A stretch of DNA of 64,000 nucleotides from an uncultured Planctomycetia bacterium (GTDB taxonomy: Bacteria > Omnitrophota > Gorgyraeia > JABMRG01): assembly GCA_964634945.1 (NCBI GenBank), contig CAZWMG010000007.1, positions 3,488 through 67,487 of the forward strand, read 5' to 3'. Below the pieces are notes generated by a model that had not been told where the DNA came from, searched no databases, and was given only the letters and a program-made list of their open reading frames with translations. This document shows, one piece after another, positions 37,813-45,277 of the stretch. The position numbers and the translations under genes are program-made. Each line of letters opens with the position of its first letter. Position 1 is the stretch's first letter.

Positions 37813-38920
37813 TGTTTCTCCATATGCCCGCGATCTCTTGATTGCAATATCTACATCTTCCATCTTTTATGTTGTTCTCCGCGATACTATAGCCTAATCG
37901 CTCTACTAAGAGTTGTTCGCAATTAGGGCAATATGTAGACTCACCCTTATTACCGGGTACATTACCGATATAAACATAATTAAGCCCTTCAGATACAGCT
38001 ATCTTATACGCATCTCGAAGGGCAGATACCGGCGTAGGGGAGATATTCTTAAGTTTATACATAGGCCAGAAGCGTGAAATATGCAAAGGTGTGTCAGGCC
38101 CAAGGTTTTCTTTTATCCATGAACATGTCGCTTTTATATAATCAGGGCTATCATTTATTGTAGGTATCAATAAATAGGTAATCTCTACCCATACGCCTTC
38201 TTCTTTTAATATACGTAAAGTACGCAAAACATCATCTCTATTGCCAAGGCAGAATTCATCATAGAACTTATCTGAACCTTTAAGATCTATATTAGCGGCA
38301 TCCATATACCTGCAGAGACGCCTTAAAGGTTCTTCATTTATAAAACCATTTGAATGCATTACATTCATTATACCTGACTGATCCGCTAATTTGGCTATAT
38401 CAAGCATATACTCATAAAAGATAGTAGGTTCTGTATAGGTATACGCTATACTTGGGCAATTATTTGCATCCGCGAGCATAACTACTCTCTCCGGCGGAAG
38501 GTATTCATAAGGAATATCCTCCGGGCGCGCCTGAGATATCTGCCAGTTTTGACAAAACTTACACTGGAGATTACACCCAGCGGTTGCTATGGAAAAAGAT
38601 CTTGTACCTGGAATAACGTGAAACAAGGGCTTCTTTTCAATAGGGTCTGCGTGTATGGCACAGGGCTTTGAATATACAAGGCTATAAAGTGTACCATCTT
38701 TGTTTTCTCTTGCCCTGCAAAAGCCTCTCTTCTTATTCGGAATAACGCACTTACGGGGGCATAAGAGACACTGCGCGCCTTTTCCATCCAGTCTCTGATA
38801 ATAAAGCGCCTCTCTTAACTCTGGCACCTTGGCTAAAACATTTGAAGTAAAATATGATAATGATTGGCATAGCAAGAGTATCGCTACAAGGATTAACGCG
38901 GATAAATATGCTTTCTTCAT
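37799..38920 (-). CDS. amrS: AmmeMemoRadiSam radical SAM enzyme
   Basis: CLLCPRKC, DPIEKKPLFH, GCNLQCKFCQNW, YTYTEP, ANIDLK, LHISRF, YVYIGN. Confidence 0.92.
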   Translation of the reverse strand: MKKAYLSALILVAILLLCQSLSYFTSNVLAKVPELREALYYQRLDGKGAQCLLCPRKCVIPNKKRGFCRARENKDGTLYSLVYSKPCAIHADPIEKKPLFHVIPGTRSFSIATAGCNLQCKFCQNWQISQARPEDIPYEYLPPERVVMLADANNCPSIAYTYTEPTIFYEYMLDIAKLADQSGIMNVMHSNGFINEEPLRRLCRYMDAANIDLKGSDKFYDEFCLGNRDDVLRTLRILKEEGVWVEITYLLIPTINDSPDYIKATCSWIKENLGPDTPLHISRFWPMYKLKNISPTPVSALRDAYKIAVSEGLNYVYIGNVPGNKGESTYCPNCEQLLVERLGYSIAENNIKDGRCRYCNQEIAGIWRNNESL

Positions 38921-38967
38921 GATAATATATTATATCACTAAGATAATGCTTTTCAAGACGAAAAAAC

Positions 38968-39132
38968 AGGGGACACCCCTGAGTACGCTATTACTCTCTT
39001 TTTTTACATTTTTGACGCGTCTATTTATGAGGCTCCTAAATTTCGATTTTTTATTCCTAATAGATGTACATTAAAAATTCGTAAATTCTTGCATTATTTA
39101 TGCTCAGGGGTGTCCCCTTTAGGACCGTCCCC
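38968..39132. mobile_element. MITE/REPIN-like element, family A copy 2
   Basis: AGGGGACACCCCTGAG ... CTCAGGGGTGTCCCCTTTAGGACCGTCCCC. Confidence 0.75.
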
Positions 39133-39137
39133 GTTCG

Positions 39138-39833
39138 TTATGCAAAATACGCGTGTACAGACATAAAGCGCTGGATAAAACGCTTCTCTGTGCCGACACC
39201 TAACGATGTATTATAATAACGCTTCCATAGCGATGCCAAGTCATCGGGGCTTGATGAAACAAGACCTATCCCCTTACGCTCAAATATCTCTTTATAAATA
39301 AGTAGTGAAATAAGCCCTGCGAAATCATAATCATCTACGCAAAGTTGCCTAAGCTCATCTCTATTCATCCTAACAAGTCGATCCCATGTAAGCCTGCCTT
39401 CTGTAACCTTGGCAAAAAGCGGTATAAGTTTCTCGCGCCTTCCTCTCTTTTGACTGCCTTTTATGGGGTATTCTACATATCTATGTATAATTCCATATGC
39501 TGTCTCACCAATAATCTGATATGGCCCGTTTCCATTGCTAGACTTGCCTGAGTACCTATCTAAAAAATGGGTCTCTACCGCGATTGTCCCTAGAAGCAGC
39601 ATGGCCCAGGAAGTCTTCTTCAATACACCCATATCAGGGAAGACAATATCTATGATTCTGCATACACTCTGATTGTGGTAATTGTAATTTCTTGATTGTT
39701 CTTGGTTAAGATCGCTTTTAATGGGGGTAGCGCAATCTCCAACAGAAAAGGAAAATATTGCATTCAGAGCAATAGTAGCGAGAACAACTGCCTTTAGAAT
39801 GACCTTACGCCCCCTTCTAAACATAAGTAACAT
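39138..39833 (-). CDS. hypothetical exported protein, possible lysozyme-like fold
   Basis: Signal-like N-terminus; LLLGTIAVET, GPYQI, LASLWKRYYNTSLGVGT. Confidence 0.55.
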   Translation of the reverse strand: MLLMFRRGRKVILKAVVLATIALNAIFSFSVGDCATPIKSDLNQEQSRNYNYHNQSVCRIIDIVFPDMGVLKKTSWAMLLLGTIAVETHFLDRYSGKSSNGNGPYQIIGETAYGIIHRYVEYPIKGSQKRGRREKLIPLFAKVTEGRLTWDRLVRMNRDELRQLCVDDYDFAGLISLLIYKEIFERKGIGLVSSSPDDLASLWKRYYNTSLGVGTEKRFIQRFMSVHAYFA

Positions 39834-40051
39834 AGGTCATGACCCTTTATTTATAAATGCTTTATAAATCTAAATAGTAAGTGTATATAAAAAACTTTTC
39901 CTGCGGTGCTCCTCTTACTACAAATATGCCTTACTACAAGCAGGAAGTCAAGATACCAAAGCCAAGAACACCATTTCGCTTTGCGTTGGCAATATTGGCT
40001 CTGTAACACTATGCACTATAAGGGGATACAATAAAGGTAAGATTTGATATA

Positions 40052-40378
40052 TTAGTTTTTGCTGATAGATACAGCCTTGTCTATCCAGTCGAGGTAATCC
40101 TGGTTCCCATTTGAGATCTCTACACTTATTATCTCGGGTGTATCATAGCTATGCAGTTGCCTGACCTTGTCTCTTATTTTGTCAAAATGGTTTTTCCGCG
40201 TCTTTACCAATAAGAGACATTCATCTACAGACTCTTTCTTGTCGTTCCATATAAAAATAGACCTAATACCAGGTAGAATATTCACGCAAGCCGCAAGCCT
40301 GGAATCTACAAGTTCGTTTCCTATATTTTCCGCGTCTTGTACGGATGGTGCTGTTATAAAAACTATTAGGTGTTCCAT
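40052..40378 (-). CDS. cutA: divalent-cation tolerance protein CutA
   Basis: RLAACVNI, SIFIW, LLVKT, LHSYDTPEII, YLDWI. Confidence 0.95.
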   Translation of the reverse strand: MEHLIVFITAPSVQDAENIGNELVDSRLAACVNILPGIRSIFIWNDKKESVDECLLLVKTRKNHFDKIRDKVRQLHSYDTPEIISVEISNGNQDYLDWIDKAVSISKN

Positions 40379-40389
40379 ATATTCGCTCC

Positions 40390-40599
40390 TTAAACAGTCT
40401 CGTGATTACTTAATGAGATTTCGTAATCCCCTTCACCTTTTAAAGTAACGTGCCCTTCCCTTGCTAACCATCCAAGGCTCATAAGAACTAGATCTCTGGA
40501 TTTACCCACCGCTAATATTAGCCTGGATAATTTTTCATTACCATTTGTATCCAGATAATGCCAAATATCACCTGCTATAATACCTATCTGTATTATCAT
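40390..40599 (-). CDS. small winged-helix protein (DUF2582-like), probable ATG at 40599
   Basis: IGIIAGDIWHYL...LMSLGWLAREG; start overlaps the upstream stop. Confidence 0.8.
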   Translation of the reverse strand: MIIQIGIIAGDIWHYLDTNGNEKLSRLILAVGKSRDLVLMSLGWLAREGHVTLKGEGDYEISLSNHETV

Positions 40600-40835
40600 A
40601 CAAAATCCCCCCTTCGCTTGTTGAAGCTTCCACACTGTGGGCATTTAGATATTACATCGTGTTGGCTGTCTATATAGGTAAATGTGCATACATCGCATTG
40701 CCATATAGACTTTTTCTCAGAAGCATATTGCTTAGGCCTTGTCTCTCTATCCAGAAATAACCATAGAAGCAACAGCATTATAACTGTCAAGCACAAATAT
40801 AAAGAAACAGCTGTACCTATATCAAGTTCAATCAT
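40596..40835 (-). CDS. small membrane protein with C-terminal zinc ribbon
   Basis: TM followed by CDVC...CPQCG. Confidence 0.7.
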   Translation of the reverse strand: MIELDIGTAVSLYLCLTVIMLLLLWLFLDRETRPKQYASEKKSIWQCDVCTFTYIDSQHDVISKCPQCGSFNKRRGDFV

Positions 40836-40889
40836 AATTTTATAGTCTTCGAAACTGTTTCCAAGCCAAAGGAGACAGTTTTAAGCTTC

Positions 40890-41594
40890 TTAAGACCCAA
40901 GTTCAACCCGAACGATACCTTCCTGGTCCTCTTGCAATTGATCTGGTTTAAGAGGAATAAATTTCCATTTTTTTACATACCTTATAGCGATAAGATCTAT
41001 ATCAGGGTAACCTGAAGTCTCTATGGTATCGGCTATCTTTACTGTACCGTTTTTTGTGATAACGAGCCTCAGCCTTACATTGCACGAAATAGGCGCGCCA
41101 TCTTTATGGTATGAGGATAAGGCTATCTTGCAATCAGGCAGAGGTGGCTTAAATAAAATAAGCCTGTCTTTGGCCTTGCCAGTAATTTCTGAAGAACCGA
41201 CGTCCGGCTCTGTGTAAACACGTTCCTTTTTCATTATATCGGGATAAATCTTCACTGTTCCGATAATAGAATCTATTCCTGAAAATCTTGCTGAATCTTC
41301 AAGTGCCGGGCCTCTTCCCCTGATAAGGTCAACGTTATTCTCTGCAACCGCCTGATACCCATCTAAAGATAGCTCCCTTCTTCCTTGCCTATCTATTTTG
41401 GAAAAAGCATCAAGCCCTTCAGATTCATGTTTCAGGGATTTTTTGTCAAGCAAAGAACCTAGAAAATATATATCAGAAAGTCTCTTCTGTATTACGCCAA
41501 CCGGCACTATAATAATCGTAAACATAAAAAAACAGAGCAGGTGCCATGAAAACGATATTACAAGCGCACGATTAAAATTAATCTTAAACTGCAT
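40890..41594 (-). CDS. TonB-family energy transducer
   Basis: N-terminal TM with SxxxH (SFSWH); C-terminal TSGYPDIDLIAIRYVKKWKF; follows exbD. Confidence 0.8.
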   Translation of the reverse strand: MQFKINFNRALVISFSWHLLCFFMFTIIIVPVGVIQKRLSDIYFLGSLLDKKSLKHESEGLDAFSKIDRQGRRELSLDGYQAVAENNVDLIRGRGPALEDSARFSGIDSIIGTVKIYPDIMKKERVYTEPDVGSSEITGKAKDRLILFKPPLPDCKIALSSYHKDGAPISCNVRLRLVITKNGTVKIADTIETSGYPDIDLIAIRYVKKWKFIPLKPDQLQEDQEGIVRVELGS

Positions 41595-41606
41595 TTGCTC
41601 TTTAGC

Positions 41607-42014
41607 CTAATCGGTTGTCTGAGTGGTAGCAATGTTTACCTGCTGGACGCCTTCCTGTCTGCAGATATCCCAAACTACTACAATACGCCCCAGAGAAGCT
41701 TTTCTATCTGATTTTATAAGAACCGGAAGCCTGGCAGATGCTATACCCTTTAACAGAGAGGATAGCTCTTTGATAGTAACTAGTTTCTGCTTGTAATATA
41801 TGAGGTTTTCCGCCGTGATGCTGATTACCGCGTTCTCCTCACTTAACATCTCTGATGTTATAGCACGGGGAAGATTAACCTTTATTCCTGGTTGAAAAAT
41901 AAAACTTGATGTAAGCATAAAGAATATAAGTAACAAAAAAACTACATCTATCAGCGGTGCTATATCTATAGTGCGAAGGGTTCTTTCTAATTTAAGGTGT
42001 CTTTTAAGCCTCAT
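41607..42014 (-). CDS. exbD: biopolymer transporter ExbD/TolR
   Basis: DIAPLIDVVFLLLIFFML, VNLPRA, IKSD. Confidence 0.9.
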   Translation of the reverse strand: MRLKRHLKLERTLRTIDIAPLIDVVFLLLIFFMLTSSFIFQPGIKVNLPRAITSEMLSEENAVISITAENLIYYKQKLVTIKELSSLLKGIASARLPVLIKSDRKASLGRIVVVWDICRQEGVQQVNIATTQTTD

Positions 42015-42636
42015 AATCTTTGCCTCTTTGCGTAAGTATGTTTATCAGATCCGTAGAACTTCTCTCCATATCAAGAACCAGGCTGTTAACCCTGCTTACC
42101 AGATAGTTATACGCTACATATACAGGGATAGCAACCGCAAGTCCTGCCACTGTTGTTATAAGCGCCGCCCATATGCCGCCTGCCAGGTCACCCGGTGAAA
42201 CAGGATTTAGTGAGGTCGATTTCTGCTGTATAACCTGAAAACACCCGACCATGCCGACAACTGTTCCAAGAAGGCCTAATAATGGTGAGATATGCGCAAC
42301 GGTAGCAAGAGCCGTGAGGTTCTTTTCCATTCTTGGTACTTCATATAACCCTGCCTCCTCTATAGCTTCTTTTATTTCAGGCTTTGGGCGATCGTGCTTT
42401 AGAATACCTGCCTTCAGGATATGCGCTATAGGACCAGGGGTCTTATCGCACATCTCAATAGCATCCATAATCTTGTTGCGGCGCAAGATATTAGCGATCT
42501 CATCCATAAATTTGCGCGTATCTATCTTTGCCCTATGAAGATGATAAATCTTTTCTATGGCAATAGCCAGGGCGATGATAGAACATAAGATTATCGGATA
42601 CATTACCGCCCCGCCTTTTACAATCATACTAAACAT
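42004..42636 (-). CDS. exbB: MotA/TolQ/ExbB proton channel protein
   Basis: SPLLGLLGTVVGM, LAGGIWAALITTVAGLAVAIP. Confidence 0.9.
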   Translation of the reverse strand: MFSMIVKGGAVMYPIILCSIIALAIAIEKIYHLHRAKIDTRKFMDEIANILRRNKIMDAIEMCDKTPGPIAHILKAGILKHDRPKPEIKEAIEEAGLYEVPRMEKNLTALATVAHISPLLGLLGTVVGMVGCFQVIQQKSTSLNPVSPGDLAGGIWAALITTVAGLAVAIPVYVAYNYLVSRVNSLVLDMERSSTDLINILTQRGKDYEA

Positions 42637-42650
42637 AAAACGCCTCCTTT

Positions 42651-42738
42651 AGTGAGCCCCTAAGTTTTCTTGCTAAAGCAAGAATAGGGGCGAATTAACC
42701 CCCGCGCCTTGTTTAGCTTTGCTAAACAGCGGGGGTAA
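42651..42738. repeat. palindromic repeat family B (two hairpins)
   Basis: GAGCCCCTA..TTCTTGCTAAAGCAAGAATAGGGGCGAATTAACCCCCGCG..GTTTAGCTTTGCTAAAC AGCGGGGGTAA. Confidence 0.75.
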
Positions 42739-42751
42739 GTTCAATTATATA

Positions 42752-45217
42752 TTACTCAAGCTCATCCTTATGCTTATCCATCCAGCGGAGTCTTTCTCGT
42801 GCATGCTTAGCCTCCTGCGCATCCTCCATCGCTATCTCTTCGTACATCTTTCGCGCGTCGTGCCATCGTTCCTGGGCCTCAAATATTTGCGCTGTTCGTA
42901 AACGTGCGCGCATGGCCCAGTACCTGCTATTAGGATATAAATAACCTACTTTCAAATACTCTGAAATCGCGTTGTCAAAACGAGATTCATCTTCCATACA
43001 TTCAGCTATCCTGAACTGCAGCTCCGCGTTAAAATCGTTATCATCAGATGTAAGCGCCTTTCTGTAATAGCTAACAGATTGGCCATAAAAACCTTTTGAC
43101 TGATATATGAGCCCTATCTTTTTATTAATTATTTTTTGAAATTGCGGATCTTGGTAATTCAAAAGAAGGCGCTCAAGCACATCGACAGCTTCTTCATATT
43201 TTCCTGACTCCGTCAGGATGTCGCCAAGCGCTATCGCGGCATTATGAGCTGAATCACTATTCGGATAACGGGTTATAACACCCTCCAGCTGCTTAAGAGA
43301 CTGCTCAAGCTTGCCTTCACGATAAAGCGTCCACCCTAGGAGGTAATTCGCGTCATCTACTAATACACTCTTTGGAAAACCCACTATAACCCTATTCAGG
43401 CTAATCTTTGCTCTGCCATAAAGGCCCTTGCTATAGTAATTTTGCGCAAACCAGAAGATAATATCCGCGGTTATATCACTATCAGGATAACGCATAAGGT
43501 AATCATCGAATATCTTCATAGCGACCTTCTCTTTTCCCATGCGATAATAGCACCAGCCCAATTCATACCTTGCAAGCCTTTCCAGCTCCAGATCAGAGGC
43601 CGAGCTTATGATACCTTTAAAAATCTCTGCCGCTTTTGCGTAATCTCCCTTATTGTAATAACAACTTCCTATCTGATATAATGACTTATCCCTGAATTCA
43701 CTGTTATAAAACTTTTCGACTATTCTAGTATACTCTTTTATTGCCAATTCATAATTAGACTGTTTATAATAAATATTACCTAATTGGAACACAACCTTAT
43801 CCATAAGGTTGCTCTTAGGAAAATTGCTCACAAAACTCTTAAGCGTTATTACCGCGCTATCAAGCTCATCTATGCTTATAAAAATCTCTCCAAGCCTGTA
43901 CTGAGCATAATCGGCGTAATAATTATCAGGGTATTCGTTGAGCACCTTATCATAATACTCCTGAGCATCTTCGTAATCAGCTAGGTCAAAGTATATATCA
44001 CCTATACGGCACATTGAGCTCGCCTTAAAATTGCTATCACCTGAAGACTCTTTGGCCTGCATAAATTGAAGTATGGCTTTCTCCGGTTGATCAAGGCGTA
44101 AAAACGTCCATGCGATATTATAGTGAACCTCCGGCAAGAGCTCGCTCTCAGGAAAACATATCAGGAGATCTTGATATGCCTCAACCGCATCCGCGTAATT
44201 ACCTATATTGTAGAGAGATTCAGCCTTTTGAAAATATGACTCCTGGGCGTATTTGCTTGTAGGGTATATATCCAATAAACGATCATAAGCGACTATAGCT
44301 TCCTTGTTCTCACCCTTCATGCTATAAGAACGCCCTAAACCAAAAAGGGCGTTATCTCTGGAATCATCAAGCGAATCATCAGCAGCGATACCTTGAAACT
44401 CTTTAATAGCCATCTCATATTCAGCCATCTTAAAATAGGACCAGCCCATGGCAAGGCGAGCATGCGGTATCCACTTTTGCGAGTCTGAGAGTTCTAAAGA
44501 ATCCTGGTACGAGGCGATAGCTGCCTCGTAGTCCTTAAGTTGATAAAGTATCTCTGCCTTTAAAAATAGGGCGTCCTTTACTTCGTTCGCTAATGGAAAA
44601 CGTTTCAGGTAATATTCTACTCTTTCTTTTGCCTTATTAAGTTCTGATAGGTCATAATAAGACTCTGCTGCCTTATAAATAGCTGAGGGCAATATCTTTG
44701 AGTTAGGGTATTTATCTATTATTTTCTCAAAATCCGGTAATGCCTGCCTCATATCATTCTTCTTGTAATAGGCCCACCCGCGTGAGTAATATGCGTATGG
44801 AATAAACGTGGAAAGCGGGTATTTATCGATAAGACGTTGGTAAAACAATATCGCGCTATCATACTGAGCAACCTTAAAATTCACTTCACCGCACCAATAT
44901 AACGCGTCATCCTTAAATTTTGAATCATCCATATCAAGCACAGACTCAAAGCTATTAAGCGCCTTAGAATATTCACCTCTATAAAAATATGCTTTTCCAA
45001 GAAGCATATAAGCTTCATCAATATTGAGGCCTGTAGGATAATACGCGAGAAACTGGCTGGCTTGCTCTATTGTCAGGTCATATAGGCCATCAGCAAATGT
45101 CCTCCTCGCGAGTAAAAGCTGGGTATCCTCCTGCTCTGTGTCCGCGTAAAGTTTAACAGGCATGAATATAGTGCAGAAAAATATAATGATTATAATGGGA
45201 TTATATATGGATTTCAT
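42752..45217 (-). CDS. exported multi-TPR protein (CpoB/BamD-like repeats)
   Basis: Signal peptide; about 20 repeats of the YPxS...A.Y..G type. Confidence 0.88.
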   Translation of the reverse strand: MKSIYNPIIIIIFFCTIFMPVKLYADTEQEDTQLLLARRTFADGLYDLTIEQASQFLAYYPTGLNIDEAYMLLGKAYFYRGEYSKALNSFESVLDMDDSKFKDDALYWCGEVNFKVAQYDSAILFYQRLIDKYPLSTFIPYAYYSRGWAYYKKNDMRQALPDFEKIIDKYPNSKILPSAIYKAAESYYDLSELNKAKERVEYYLKRFPLANEVKDALFLKAEILYQLKDYEAAIASYQDSLELSDSQKWIPHARLAMGWSYFKMAEYEMAIKEFQGIAADDSLDDSRDNALFGLGRSYSMKGENKEAIVAYDRLLDIYPTSKYAQESYFQKAESLYNIGNYADAVEAYQDLLICFPESELLPEVHYNIAWTFLRLDQPEKAILQFMQAKESSGDSNFKASSMCRIGDIYFDLADYEDAQEYYDKVLNEYPDNYYADYAQYRLGEIFISIDELDSAVITLKSFVSNFPKSNLMDKVVFQLGNIYYKQSNYELAIKEYTRIVEKFYNSEFRDKSLYQIGSCYYNKGDYAKAAEIFKGIISSASDLELERLARYELGWCYYRMGKEKVAMKIFDDYLMRYPDSDITADIIFWFAQNYYSKGLYGRAKISLNRVIVGFPKSVLVDDANYLLGWTLYREGKLEQSLKQLEGVITRYPNSDSAHNAAIALGDILTESGKYEEAVDVLERLLLNYQDPQFQKIINKKIGLIYQSKGFYGQSVSYYRKALTSDDNDFNAELQFRIAECMEDESRFDNAISEYLKVGYLYPNSRYWAMRARLRTAQIFEAQERWHDARKMYEEIAMEDAQEAKHARERLRWMDKHKDELE

Positions 45218-45277
45218 TTAAAGTAAAGTATATCACTTAGTAAATACAAATTCAATGATAAAATAGTCAGGAGAGGG

